DNA of 48,803 nucleotides from an uncultured Thermus sp. (GTDB lineage Bacteria > Deinococcota > Deinococci > Deinococcales > Thermaceae): positions 1-48,803 of the forward strand of contig CAMTVD010000021.1 of the NCBI GenBank assembly GCA_947085095.1, given 5' to 3'. The notes beneath the pieces are model-generated. The model saw only the letters and a program-made list of their open reading frames with translations, was not told where the DNA came from and searched no databases. Position 1 is the first letter of the stretch. Each line of letters opens with the position of its first letter. A program made the position numbers and the translations under genes. Below, in pieces: positions 1 to 9,726 of the stretch.

Positions 1-1
1 C

Positions 2-829
2 CACCTCCTTCTGGCCCTCACCGAGCCCCAAGACCTCCTCCTCCTGCCCGAGGTGGCCTACCCCAGCTACTTCGGCGCTGCCCGGGTGGCCTCCCTAAGG
101 ACCCACCTCATCCCCTTGCGGGAAGACGGCCTGGCGGATCTCTCCCAGGTGCCGGAAAGCATCTGGAAGGAAGCCAAGGTCCTCCTCCTCAACTACCCCA
201 ACAACCCCACGGGGGCCCTGGCGGACTGGGGCTACTTTGAGGAGGCCTTGGCCCTGGCGGAAAGGCATGGGCTTTGGCTGGTCCACGACAACCCCTATGT
301 GGACCAGGTCTACCAGGGGGAGGCCCCCTCCCCCCTGGCCCTTCCCGGGGCCAAGGAACGGGTGGTGGAGCTCTTTAGCCTCTCCAAAAGCTACAACCTG
401 GCAGGCTTCCGTCTGGGCTTCGCCCTGGGGAACGAGGAGGCCATAGCCCGGCTGGAAAGGGTGAAGGGGGTCATGGACTTCAACCAGTACGCCGGAATCC
501 TGCGCATGGGGATCGCCGCCCTTAAGACCCCTAGGGAGGTGACCCGGGGCTTCGCCCAGGTCTACCAAAAGCGGGCCCTGGGAATGGCGGAAGCCCTTAA
601 AGGGGTGTTAGACCTCCTCCCTCCCAGGGCCACCATGTACCTCTGGGGGAAGCTTCCCCAGGGGGTGGATGACCTGGAGTTCACCCTAAGCCTGGTGGAG
701 CGGGGCGTGGCCGTGGCCCCGGGGAGGGGGTTCGGCCCTGGGGGAAGGGGACACGTGCGGATCGCCCTGGTGCAACCCATGGAGACGCTACAGGAAGCCG
801 CCCGCATCCTGCGGGAGGCCCTGGACTGA
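2..829 (+). CDS. PLP-dependent class I/II aminotransferase, 5'-truncated by the window edge
   Basis: Open frame from base 2; motifs NYPNNPTG, HDNPY and SLSKSYNLAGFRLG (PLP lysine). Confidence 0.9.
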   Translation, partial: HLLLALTEPQDLLLLPEVAYPSYFGAARVASLRTHLIPLREDGLADLSQVPESIWKEAKVLLLNYPNNPTGALADWGYFEEALALAERHGLWLVHDNPYVDQVYQGEAPSPLALPGAKERVVELFSLSKSYNLAGFRLGFALGNEEAIARLERVKGVMDFNQYAGILRMGIAALKTPREVTRGFAQVYQKRALGMAEALKGVLDLLPPRATMYLWGKLPQGVDDLEFTLSLVERGVAVAPGRGFGPGGRGHVRIALVQPMETLQEAARILREALD

Positions 830-830
830 T

Positions 831-864
831 ACCACCCCACCCCGGCTTCGCCCGGTGGGGTGGT
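831..864. terminator. Hairpin between convergent genes (likely bidirectional terminator)
   Basis: ACCACCCCACC...GGTGGGGTGGT inverted repeat between the aminotransferase and folC stops. Confidence 0.65.
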
Positions 865-865
865 G

Positions 866-2107
866 CTACTGCCACCTTTCCTCCGGGGGAAGCCCCAAAA
901 GGGCCCGCTTCACCTCCCCCACCAGGTAGAGGCTCCCCGCCACCACCACCCGGTTCTCCAGGGTGAAGGCCCTTTCCACGGCCTTTAAGGGTTCTTCCTC
1001 CACCAGGGCCCCCGGGAAGAGGGGGAGGAGGGCCCTGGGGTCTTGGCTTCTAGGAGAGGCGTAGCGGGTGAGGACCACCGGCCCCAACCCCTTAAGGGCC
1101 TCGGCCATGGCCCGGTGGTCCTTCTCCCGGCTGAAGCCCAGGACCAAGGCGGCAGGCAGAAGCCCGTGGAAGCGAAGGGCTTGCCGCAAGGCCCAGGCCC
1201 CTTCCGGGTTGTGGGCCCCATCCAGGAGGAGCTCCCTCCCCCCGGGCCAAGGAAGGCGCTCCAGCCGCCCCGGGTTCTCCGCCCGAAGGAGGCCCTTTTC
1301 CACCGCCTCCCAACCCGCCCCAAGGAGCCTTCCCGATACCGCCGCCAGGGCCAGGTTTTCCGCCTGGTGGGGGCCAAGAAGCCGCGTGCGGAAGGTCCTC
1401 TCCTCCCCCCGGATCCGCAGGCGGAAGGCCAGGCCCTCTCCCAAAGCCTCCACCCCGAGAAGGGAAAACTCCTCCCCCAAAACCCAAAGGGGGGTGCCCA
1501 TAGTCCGGGCCCTCTCCCGAAGCTCCTCTAGCCCCTCCCCCCTGGCGGCGGTGAGGGCCGGCACCCCCTTGCGGAAGATCCCCGCCTTCTCCCGGGCCAC
1601 ATCCCTCAGGGTGGGGCCCAGGATCTCCAGGTGGTCGTGGCCGATGTTGGTCACCACGGAAAGCTGGGGCTCCGTGGCGTTGGTGGCGTCAAAGCGCCCC
1701 CCCAGGCCCACCTCGAGGACCGCAAACTCCACTCCTTCCCGGGCAAAGTGGAGGAGGGCAAGGGCGGTGGCCACCTCAAAGAAGGTGGCCTCCAAGGATT
1801 CAGCCTGGGGACGGATCTCCTCCAGAAGGGAAAGAACCGCCTCCTGGCCTATGGGTCGGCCCTGGATGGCCACGCGCTCCCGGAAGTCCACCAGGTGGGG
1901 GCTGGTGTAAAGCCCCACCCTTAAGCCCGCCTCCTCCAGGATGGCCGCCAGGGCCCGGGCCACGGTCCCCTTACCGTTGGTTCCCCCAACGAGGGCCACA
2001 GGGTAAGCCTCCTGGGGATTCCCCAGGCGGGCAAGGAGAGCCAGGATGCGCTCCAGCCCCGGCTTCACCCAGCCCTGCCGGGCGTAAAGCCAGGCCAAGG
2101 GTTCCAT
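866..2107 (-). CDS. folC: Bifunctional folylpolyglutamate synthase/dihydrofolate synthase
   Basis: GTNGKGT P-loop, YTSPHL, EVGLGGRFDATN, LDGAHNP, AGSLYLVG. Confidence 0.95.
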   Translation of the reverse strand: MEPLAWLYARQGWVKPGLERILALLARLGNPQEAYPVALVGGTNGKGTVARALAAILEEAGLRVGLYTSPHLVDFRERVAIQGRPIGQEAVLSLLEEIRPQAESLEATFFEVATALALLHFAREGVEFAVLEVGLGGRFDATNATEPQLSVVTNIGHDHLEILGPTLRDVAREKAGIFRKGVPALTAARGEGLEELRERARTMGTPLWVLGEEFSLLGVEALGEGLAFRLRIRGEERTFRTRLLGPHQAENLALAAVSGRLLGAGWEAVEKGLLRAENPGRLERLPWPGGRELLLDGAHNPEGAWALRQALRFHGLLPAALVLGFSREKDHRAMAEALKGLGPVVLTRYASPRSQDPRALLPLFPGALVEEEPLKAVERAFTLENRVVVAGSLYLVGEVKRALLGLPPEERWQ

Positions 2108-2129
2108 CAAGATGGCCCTCCGGGCCGAC

Positions 2130-2525
2130 CTAGCCCTTAAGGGCTGCCTTGCAGGTGGGGCAGAGGCCCTTGTAGGTGACCTCCACCTCCCTTACCTCCA
2201 GCTGGGGGTAAGCCTCCTGGACGGAAGTGAGGAGGTCGGGAAGGTCCACCTCCAGATCCACGATGGCCCCGCACCCCTGGCAGACCAGGTGCAGGTGGGG
2301 GTGCAGGTTGGCGTCGTAACGGGTGGCCTCCCCCGCCTTGGTGATGGGGATGAGGTAGCCCTCCTCCACCAGGGCCTCGAGGGTGCGGTAGATGGTCCCC
2401 AGGCTCACCTTGGGCACCACCTTGCGCACCTCCTGGTAGATCCAGGCGGCATCGGGGTGGTTGTGGGCCCTCTTCACCACCTCCAAAACAGCCTTACGCT
2501 GGCGGGTCAAGCGCTTAAGCGCCAT
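2130..2525 (-). CDS. Fur-family (PerR-like) transcriptional regulator
   Basis: LTRQR, HPDA, SLGTIYRTL, HLHLVCxxCG and C-terminal CxxC. Confidence 0.9.
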   Translation of the reverse strand: MALKRLTRQRKAVLEVVKRAHNHPDAAWIYQEVRKVVPKVSLGTIYRTLEALVEEGYLIPITKAGEATRYDANLHPHLHLVCQGCGAIVDLEVDLPDLLTSVQEAYPQLEVREVEVTYKGLCPTCKAALKG

Positions 2526-2567
2526 CTACCCCACTATACCCTAGGCCGGGGGAAAACTCCAGCAAAC

Positions 2568-3473
2568 CTATCGGGTTTGGGCAAGAATCTCCCGCCCTCC
2601 CTGCTCCAACACGTCCTGGGCCAGCTCCAACCCCAGCTCCTCGGCCTCGGAGGCGTCGCCTTCGATCTCCGCCCGGATGAAGCTCTTGCCGTCGGGGGTG
2701 AGGACCATCCCCTCGAGGAGGAGGGTGCCGTCCTCCGCCACCTGGGCCAAGGCCCCCACCGGGGCCAGGCACCCAGCCCCAAGGCCCTTCAAAAAGGCCC
2801 GCTCCGCCCGCACCCGGTCGTGGGAAGGATGGTGGTGAAGGGCGTAGCAGAGCTCCTCCGCCAGATCGTCCCCCTGGCGCACCTCCAGGGCCAAGGCCCC
2901 TTGGCCGGGAGCGGGAAGCATCACCTCGGGTTCCAGGAACTGGTCGATGCGGTTGCGCAGATCCAGCCGGATGAGCCCCGCCGCCGCCAGGATGATCCCG
3001 TCATACTCTCCATTCCCCAAGGCAGCCAGCCGGGTGTCCACGTTGCCCCTCAGGTCCTTCACCACTAGGTCCGGGCGGTAGGCCAAAAGCTGGGCCTTGC
3101 GCCTTATGGAGCTCGTTCCCACCACAGCGCCTTCAGGGAGGTCCTCGAGGCGCTTATACACCTTACCCAAGAAGGCGTCCCGGGGGTCCTGCCTGCGGGG
3201 TATGGCGGCGATCTTGAGCCCCGGGGGTTCCTCCGTGGGGAGGTCCTTCAGGGAGTGCACGGCGATGTCGATTTCCCGGGAAAGAAGCGCCTCCTGAAGC
3301 TCTTTAACGAAGATGGCCCGCTCCGTGGGGCTCGCCCCCTGGTCCCCCCGGGTCTTGATGGTCTTCACCTTGAACTCCGCCTCAGGCCAGCTTTCCTTAA
3401 GACGCTCCACCACAAAGCGGGTCTGGGCCAGGGCCAAGGCGCTGCCCCGGGTTCCCACCACGATGACGCGCAT
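2568..3473 (-). CDS. hemC: Hydroxymethylbilane synthase (porphobilinogen deaminase)
   Basis: [35 protein letters not shown]; start trimmed to ATG at 3473. Confidence 0.96.
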   Translation of the reverse strand: MRVIVVGTRGSALALAQTRFVVERLKESWPEAEFKVKTIKTRGDQGASPTERAIFVKELQEALLSREIDIAVHSLKDLPTEEPPGLKIAAIPRRQDPRDAFLGKVYKRLEDLPEGAVVGTSSIRRKAQLLAYRPDLVVKDLRGNVDTRLAALGNGEYDGIILAAAGLIRLDLRNRIDQFLEPEVMLPAPGQGALALEVRQGDDLAEELCYALHHHPSHDRVRAERAFLKGLGAGCLAPVGALAQVAEDGTLLLEGMVLTPDGKSFIRAEIEGDASEAEELGLELAQDVLEQGGREILAQTR

Positions 3474-3513
3474 ACTTTCCCATACTACACGAGAACCCGG
3501 GGCCGGCCACCCC

Positions 3514-4770
3514 CTATTCCAAGGCCAGGCCCAAAGGATCCTCCAGAAGCTGGGCCAGATAGCGGCAGAAGCGGGCTGCCTCAGCCCCATCTATAAGGCG
3601 GTGGTCGTAGGTGAGGCCGTAGGGCATGATGAGGCGGGGCTGGAAGGCTTCCTTCTCCGGATCCCACACCGGCTTCATCTGGGAACGAGAAACCCCTAAA
3701 ATGGCCACCTCCGGCCAGTTCACGATGGGGGTGAATCCGGTGCCGCCAATCCCCCCCAGGTTGGAGAGGCTGAAGGTGCCTCCCTGCATCTCCTCCGGCG
3801 TGAGCTTCCGCTCCCGGGCCCGTTCGGAAACTTCCTGAAGCTCTTTGGCCAGGCGCAGAACCCCCTTTTGGTCCACATTCCGGATCACCGGCACCAGGAG
3901 GCCATGGGGGGTGTCCACCGCTACCCCGATGTGCACGTAATCCTTGTAGATGATCTCCCCCCTTTCCACATCGATGGAGGCGTTGAACTTGGGGAAGGCT
4001 TTCAGGGTCAAGGCCAGGGCCTTGAGGAGGAAGGCGGTGAGGGTGAGCCGAAAGCCCCTTTCCTCCGCCCGCTTGGCGTAGCGTTTTCTTAAGCCCTCCA
4101 GCTCGGTGATGTCCGCCTCGTCAAAGTGGGTGACCATGGGCACCTGGGCCCAGGCTTGAGCCATGGCCCTCAAGGTGGCCTTGCGAACCCCGCTCATGGG
4201 CTCGGTGCGCACCGGGCCCCAGCGGCTGAAATCGGGGAGCCTGGGAGTCGGGAGGGGGCTTATGGCCTCCGCCGGCAGGGAAGGGGGAACCTGGCCCGCG
4301 GCCCGCCTCACATCCTCGGCGGTGATGCGCCCCGCAAGGCCTGTACCCCTCACCTGACGGATGTCCACCCCGAGCTCCCGGGCCAGGCGCCGCACCGAGG
4401 GAGCAGCCGGGATGAGCCGGCCTTCCTCCTGCCCTACCGGGGCCGGCGAAGGGCTGGGGGCTTTTGAAGGAGGTGCTGCCTGGACCTTCTCCTCCCTGGG
4501 TGGAGGGGGCACCTCCTGGGGCGAGGGAACCCCCACCTCCCCAGCCTCCAGCTCCAGGAAGGGTTGCCCGGGACGCACCTCGTCCCCTACCTTCACCAAA
4601 ACCCGCTTCACCACCCCGCCCGCCTCGGCAGGGACCTCCATCACCGCCTTGTCGGTTTCCAGTTCCAAAAGGGGGTCCCCCGGGGCCACCCGGTCCCCCT
4701 CCTTCACCAGCACCCCCACCACCGTGGCGGCGCTCACGTTATCGCCCAGTTCGGGAAGCCTCAGCTCCAT
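3514..4770 (-). CDS. aceF: Pyruvate dehydrogenase E2, dihydrolipoamide acetyltransferase (single lipoyl domain)
   Basis: Lipoyl motif LETDKA, E3-binding [13 protein letters not shown], catalytic DHRLIDG; directly downstream of aceE. Confidence 0.93.
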   Translation of the reverse strand: MELRLPELGDNVSAATVVGVLVKEGDRVAPGDPLLELETDKAVMEVPAEAGGVVKRVLVKVGDEVRPGQPFLELEAGEVGVPSPQEVPPPPREEKVQAAPPSKAPSPSPAPVGQEEGRLIPAAPSVRRLARELGVDIRQVRGTGLAGRITAEDVRRAAGQVPPSLPAEAISPLPTPRLPDFSRWGPVRTEPMSGVRKATLRAMAQAWAQVPMVTHFDEADITELEGLRKRYAKRAEERGFRLTLTAFLLKALALTLKAFPKFNASIDVERGEIIYKDYVHIGVAVDTPHGLLVPVIRNVDQKGVLRLAKELQEVSERARERKLTPEEMQGGTFSLSNLGGIGGTGFTPIVNWPEVAILGVSRSQMKPVWDPEKEAFQPRLIMPYGLTYDHRLIDGAEAARFCRYLAQLLEDPLGLALE

Positions 4771-4791
4771 CTTGCCCTCCAGAATACCCCC

Positions 4792-7518
4792 TTACCTCCT
4801 GTGAGGCGGAGTCTCCAAAAGCTCGAGCCCAAGCTCCTTCCGGGCCTTGACCAAGGTCTTAGCCGGCACCTTGCCCTCCTCGGCCAAAAGGGCAAGGGCC
4901 GCGTAGGCGATGTGCCGGGCATCCACCTCAAAGAAGTCCCTTAGGGCCTCCCGGGTATCCGAGCGGCCAAAGCCATCCGTGCCCAGGGCGCAGAAGGGCC
5001 GGTCCAGATACCCTCGTATGAGGTTAGGCAGGGCCTTGAGGTAGTCGGTGGCGGCCACCACGGGGCCCTCGTGACCCTCCAAAACCTCGGCCACATAGGG
5101 CTTACGGGCCTTCCCCAAAAGCCTCCGTTCCCTTTCCGCCTCTATGGCGTCCATGTAGAGGGCCTTGTAGCTGGTGGCGCTCCACACATCCGCCACCACC
5201 CCGTAGCCCTTAAGGAGCTCCTGGGCCTTCACCGCCTGGGGCAGGATGGGCCCCGAACCCAGAAGCTGCACCCTGGGGCCCTCCCCCTCCCCCGGACGGA
5301 AGAGGTAAAGGCCCTTGAGAATCCCCTCCTTCACCTTCTCCCTGGGCTCGGGCATGGGGGGGTGGGGGTAGTTCTCGTTCTCGATGGTGATGTAGTAGAA
5401 GACATCCTCCCCCTCCCGGTACATGCGCCTAAGGCCGTCCTCGAGGATCACGGCGAACTCGTAGGCAAAGGCGGGGTCGTAGGCCAAGAGGTTGGGAGCG
5501 GCCAGGGCGTAGATGTGGCTTTGCCCGTCCTGGTGCTGCAAACCCTCCCCCTCCAGGGTGGTCCGCCCGGCGGTGGCCCCAAGGAGGAAGCCTCTGGCGC
5601 GTTGGTCGGCCGCCGCCCAGACCAGGTCCCCAATGCGCTGGAGGCCGAACATGGAATAGGTGATGAGGAAGGGAATGGTGGGGATGCCCCAGTGGGCGTA
5701 GGCGGTACCGGCAGCAATGAAGTCCGCCATGGCCCCCGCCTCGGTGATGCCCTCCTCCAGGATCTGGCCTTCCTTGCTCTCCTTGTAGGCGGTGAGGGTG
5801 CCGGCGTCCACGGGGATGTAAAGCTGTCCCTGGGGGGAGTAGATGCCCACCTGGGCGATCAAGGCCTCCATGCCGAAGGTACGGGCCTCGTCGGGCACGA
5901 TGGGAACGATGAGCCTGCCGATCTTGGGATGCCGGAGGAGCTTGGCCAGGATGCGCACGAAGGCCATGGTGGTGGAGATCTCCCGTCCCCCCGTGCCCTC
6001 GTAGAACTCCTGGAAGAACTCCTCTCCCGGCACCTCGAGGCCCCCGGTAAACCGCACCCGGCGCTCAGGGATAAACCCTCCCAAGGCCCTCCTGCGCTCC
6101 AGAAGGTACCTCACCTCGGGAGAGTCCGGCCCCGGGTGGTAGTAGGGAAGCTCGGAAAGCTTCTCCTCCGGGACGGGGATACCCAAGAAGGTCCGGGCCT
6201 CCTTCAGGTCCTCCTCGGTGAGCTTCTTCACCTGGTGGGCCACGTTTTTGGCCATGGCCGTGGGCCCCATGCCGTAGCCCTTGATGGTGCGGGCCAGGAT
6301 GACCACGGGGCTTCCCTTGTGCTCCACCGCCGCCTTGTAAGCGGCATAGATCTTCACCAGGTCGTGCCCACCCCGGCTCCGGGTGAGCTCATCCAACTCC
6401 TCGTCGCTCATGCCCTCGATGAGCCGCTTGAGCTCGGGGGTGTTGAAGAAGCGCTCCTTGAGCTCCTTGGCCCCAAAGGCGGCGTACCGCTGGGACTCCC
6501 CGTCCACCAGGGCCTCAAACCGCCTCAGGAGGTGGCCCTCCTTATCCTTGGCCAAAAGCCGGTCCCAAGCAGAGCCCCAGACGATCTTGATCACCCGCCA
6601 GCCCGCACCCCTATAGAGCCTTTCCAGCTCCTGGATGATCTTGGAGTTGCCCCGCACCGGCCCGTCCAGGCGCTGCAGGTTGGCGTTTACCACGAAGATG
6701 AGGTTGTCCAGGTTCTCCCGGGCCGCCAGGTGCAAGGCCCCCACGGTTTCCGGCTCGTCGTGCTCCCCGTCCCCCAAGAAGGCCCAGACCTTGGCGCTGC
6801 TCCTGGGCTTCAGACCCCGGTCCTCCAGGTAGCGCATGAAGCGGGCCTGGTAGATGGCCTGGATAGGGCCAAGGCCCATGGAAACCGTGGGGAACTCCCA
6901 GAAATCCGGCATCAGCCAGGGATGGGGATAGCTGGAAAGCCCCCGGCCACCCGGAACCGGAGGGTGCACCTCCCGGCGGAAGTTCTCCAGGTCCGCCTCG
7001 CTTAGCCTTCCCTCCAGAAAGGCCCTGGCGTAGATGCCGGGGGAGGAGTGGCCCTGGAAAAAGACCAGGTCCCGGTCCAATCCCGCCTCGGGCCCGCGGA
7101 AGAAGTGGTTGAACCCCACCTCGTAAAGCTCGGCGATGGAGGCGTAGGTGGAGATATGCCCCCCGATCCCCTCCGCCTTCTTGTTGGCCCGGGTGACCAT
7201 CATGGCCACATTCCAACGGAGGATGTTGACGATGCGCCTCTCCAGCTCGAGGTCCCCGGGATAAGGGGGTTCCTGCTCCTTAGGGATGGTGTTCAGGTAG
7301 GGGGTGGAGAGGCGGTTTTGAGGGGAGAAGCCCTGGAGGTAAAGGAACTCGTCCAGAAGGCGCAAAAGCTCCTCCACCCTGGCGAAGCCTTCCACCCGGA
7401 GCACGTACTCCAAGGACTCCCGCCACTCCCGGTTTTCCTCCTCCCTGAGCCGGGCCATTTCCTCTGGGGAAAGGGCCTCTAGGGCCTGCCTGAGCACATC
7501 CGCATTCACCGCCGTCAA
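4792..7518 (-). CDS. aceE: Pyruvate dehydrogenase E1, homodimeric AceE type
   Basis: [29 protein letters not shown] motif, [18 protein letters not shown]; start may be TTG 7518 or GTG 7509. Confidence 0.96.
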   Translation of the reverse strand: MTAVNADVLRQALEALSPEEMARLREEENREWRESLEYVLRVEGFARVEELLRLLDEFLYLQGFSPQNRLSTPYLNTIPKEQEPPYPGDLELERRIVNILRWNVAMMVTRANKKAEGIGGHISTYASIAELYEVGFNHFFRGPEAGLDRDLVFFQGHSSPGIYARAFLEGRLSEADLENFRREVHPPVPGGRGLSSYPHPWLMPDFWEFPTVSMGLGPIQAIYQARFMRYLEDRGLKPRSSAKVWAFLGDGEHDEPETVGALHLAARENLDNLIFVVNANLQRLDGPVRGNSKIIQELERLYRGAGWRVIKIVWGSAWDRLLAKDKEGHLLRRFEALVDGESQRYAAFGAKELKERFFNTPELKRLIEGMSDEELDELTRSRGGHDLVKIYAAYKAAVEHKGSPVVILARTIKGYGMGPTAMAKNVAHQVKKLTEEDLKEARTFLGIPVPEEKLSELPYYHPGPDSPEVRYLLERRRALGGFIPERRVRFTGGLEVPGEEFFQEFYEGTGGREISTTMAFVRILAKLLRHPKIGRLIVPIVPDEARTFGMEALIAQVGIYSPQGQLYIPVDAGTLTAYKESKEGQILEEGITEAGAMADFIAAGTAYAHWGIPTIPFLITYSMFGLQRIGDLVWAAADQRARGFLLGATAGRTTLEGEGLQHQDGQSHIYALAAPNLLAYDPAFAYEFAVILEDGLRRMYREGEDVFYYITIENENYPHPPMPEPREKVKEGILKGLYLFRPGEGEGPRVQLLGSGPILPQAVKAQELLKGYGVVADVWSATSYKALYMDAIEAERERRLLGKARKPYVAEVLEGHEGPVVAATDYLKALPNLIRGYLDRPFCALGTDGFGRSDTREALRDFFEVDARHIAYAALALLAEEGKVPAKTLVKARKELGLELLETPPHRR

Positions 7519-7612
7519 CCTCCCCCCTTTTGCGCAAAACTACACTACACCGACTCCTTTCCCAGTCTGGGGCAGACGGGGCCCTTTGTCCAATAGAAAA
7601 GCCTGGGGCGTG

Positions 7613-7633
7613 ATGATAAGCTAACCTTATCAT
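7613..7633. promoter_or_regulatory. LysR-type operator (T-N11-A palindrome)
   Basis: ATGATAAG-CTAAC-CTTATCAT perfect 8-bp inverted repeat overlapping the LysR start codon in the aceE/lysR divergent region. Confidence 0.75.
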
Positions 7634-8489
7634 GGACCTGCGCCGCCTGCGGCTTTTCCTTCTTCTGGCCGAGGAGAAAAACTTCCACCGGGCGGCAGAG
7701 AAGGCCTACCTCTCCCAGCCCGCCCTTTCCCAGCAGATCCAGGCCTTGGAGCAGGAGCTAGGGGTGAAGCTCCTGGAACGCAGGCCCTTCCGCCTTACCC
7801 CGGCGGGGGAGGTGCTGGTGCGGGAGGGCCGACAGCTTCTGCAGGAGGTGGAGGCCTTAAAGGCCCGGGTGCGGCGTGCGAATCGGGAGGAACTCCGCTT
7901 CGGGGTGCCGGAAAACCTCCTTCCCGACCTCATGCCCCTTTTGGACCACCTGCGCCGGGGCTTAGGCCAACCGGTGGAGATCCTGGAGATGCACACCCCC
8001 GAGCAGGTAAAGGCCCTTAAGGAGGGCCAGCTGGACTACGGCCTGGCGGGGCTTAGGGTGGAGGACCCCGTCATCGGCCAAGAACCCCTCCTACAGGTAC
8101 CCATCGTGGTGGCCCTGCCCGAGGGGCATCCCTTGGCCTCGAGGGAACGGGTGCCCCTCAAGGCCCTCAAGGAGGAGCCCTTCCTCCTCCTCCCCAAGGA
8201 AACCCTCCCCCCCCTTTACGAGGCCTTCATGGAGGTGTTCCGCCGGGCGGGTTTCACGCCCCGGGTGGCCCGGGAAGTGGCCCGGTTTTCCCAGGCGGTA
8301 AGCCTGGTGGCCGCCGGGGTAGGGGTCTACCTCACCCTAGCCCCTTACCGGGTCTTTCCCCATCCCGGAGTGGTGCTCAAGCCCCTAGAGGAGGAGGCTG
8401 CCTTACAGGTCTCCCTCATCTACCGCCTCACCCCTCCACCCCCTAGGCTTTTGGAGGTGCGGGAACTCCTCAAAGCCCTGGTCCTCTAA
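7632..8489 (+). CDS. LysR-family transcriptional regulator
   Basis: N-terminal HTH (NFHRAAEKAYLSQPALSQQIQALEQELG, LTPAG) plus substrate-binding domain; divergent from aceE. Confidence 0.95.
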   Translation: MDLRRLRLFLLLAEEKNFHRAAEKAYLSQPALSQQIQALEQELGVKLLERRPFRLTPAGEVLVREGRQLLQEVEALKARVRRANREELRFGVPENLLPDLMPLLDHLRRGLGQPVEILEMHTPEQVKALKEGQLDYGLAGLRVEDPVIGQEPLLQVPIVVALPEGHPLASRERVPLKALKEEPFLLLPKETLPPLYEAFMEVFRRAGFTPRVAREVARFSQAVSLVAAGVGVYLTLAPYRVFPHPGVVLKPLEEEAALQVSLIYRLTPPPPRLLEVRELLKALVL

Positions 8490-8743
8490 GCCTGCAGGCC
8501 AGGGGCATCCGCCTCCCCCCAGGCCAGCTCCACCAGGCCGATAAGCTCCTCCACCGGCAGGCCGTAGTCGCGGGAAAGGCGGGTGATCTCGTGCCCAATC
8601 CTTCTCAGGTGGGCCAGCTGGGAAGGGCTGGCCTCCTGTGCCAGATCCAAAAGCCAGGAAAGAAGGGTTTCCGCTTCCTCATCGGTGAGGCCTTCGGTCA
8701 GGGCCTCATCCTCCAGAAAGAGTGCCGCCGGGTCCTCCCTCAT
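8486..8743 (-). CDS. Hypothetical protein
   Basis: 85-aa acidic helical ORF; start overlaps the stop of the upstream DivIC-like gene. Confidence 0.75.
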   Translation of the reverse strand: MREDPAALFLEDEALTEGLTDEEAETLLSWLLDLAQEASPSQLAHLRRIGHEITRLSRDYGLPVEELIGLVELAWGEADAPGLQA

Positions 8744-9003
8744 CGCCTCCTTAGTATCTCCTCTTGCCGCACAAAACCCAACCTGCGGACCAGGGCCTCG
8801 AGGTAAGCGGGATCCTTGGCCGCCTTCACCTCGGCCTCTAGGCGGGCCACCCGGGCCTCCGCCTGACGCAGGGCTTCCTCCAGCCTGGCCCGCTCCCGGG
8901 CGAGCTCATACGCCCTAATCCCCTCTTGGCCTAAAAGGAAAAGGGCATGGGCCAAGCCCAGGGCGAAGACCAGGTGCAGGATACGGTAGATGGGCCGGTC
9001 CAA
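8740..9003 (-). CDS. Septum formation initiator (FtsB/DivIC family)
   Basis: N-terminal TM helix, coiled coil, DPAYLEALVRRLGFV motif; TTG start at 9003 below TATAAT (9013-9018). Confidence 0.8.
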   Translation of the reverse strand: MDRPIYRILHLVFALGLAHALFLLGQEGIRAYELARERARLEEALRQAEARVARLEAEVKAAKDPAYLEALVRRLGFVRQEEILRRR

Positions 9004-9182
9004 GATGGACCCATTATACCGCGGACGACCCCTTCCCCTGGGATCCCCAGCCCCCCTGGATAAGGGGCACGGCGTGATGAAACAAATCCGGAACTCCATC
9101 CAAACTTGGGGAGCAACACCTAGGGAAAACCCTTCCCAAAAGGGGAGGGGTAGTCTATACCATCCTTCGGCTATTTTAGGTG

Positions 9183-9210
9183 TTGCATTTGCACATAGCC
9201 TGTGTATACT
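9183..9210 (+). promoter_or_regulatory. Sigma-A promoter of the second Fur-family gene
   Basis: TTGCAT, 16 nt, TATACT with TG extension; GGAGG Shine-Dalgarno before ATG 9234. Confidence 0.6.
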
Positions 9211-9233
9211 GGAACTGGAAGGAAGGAGGAGCC

Positions 9234-9677
9234 ATGCCAAGGATGAGGGAAAAGGAAAACTACCGGGCGCGGCTGAAGGCGGTGGGCCTGCGGCACACCC
9301 TGCCGCGGGAGCGAATCCTGAGCTACCTGGACAAGAAGAACGTCCACCCCACGCCGGAGGAGCTCTACAACGGCCTGAAGAAGCGGGGGTATGACATCGG
9401 CCTTTCCACCGTCTACCTGAACCTGCACGTTCTTCGGGAGCACGGGCTCATCTACGAGTTCAAGGACCCCAAGGGCTACACCCGCTACGATGGCTACAAC
9501 GAGCCCCACGTCCACCTGGTCTGCACCTCCTGCGGCAAGGTGGAGGACCTCCTCCTGAAGAACCTCCCCGAGCTGGACGTTTCGCCCGCCATGCAGGGCG
9601 CAGCGGAGCGGACGGGCTGGGCTTTGGAGGGGTTCCGCCTGGAGCTCCGGGGCCAGTGCCCCAACTGCCAGAAGTAG
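9234..9677 (+). CDS. Fur-family transcriptional regulator
   Basis: HPTPEELY, GLSTVYLNL, HVHLVCTSCG, C-terminal CPNC. Confidence 0.92.
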   Translation: MPRMREKENYRARLKAVGLRHTLPRERILSYLDKKNVHPTPEELYNGLKKRGYDIGLSTVYLNLHVLREHGLIYEFKDPKGYTRYDGYNEPHVHLVCTSCGKVEDLLLKNLPELDVSPAMQGAAERTGWALEGFRLELRGQCPNCQK

Positions 9678-9680
9678 CCT

Positions 9681-9721
9681 AAAGGGCGAAAGCCCGGGGC
9701 TTCCCCGGGCTTTCGCCCTTC
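9681..9721. terminator. Bidirectional intrinsic terminator
   Basis: AAAGGGCGAAAGCCCGGG / CCCGGGCTTTCGCCCTTT inverted repeat between convergent fur and pepA. Confidence 0.85.
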
Positions 9722-9726
9722 TTTCC

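Noticed and set aside
5071..7005. 644-aa ORF antisense to aceE
   Set aside because: Shadow frame caused by high GC3 codon bias; no motifs; fully overlaps a clear gene
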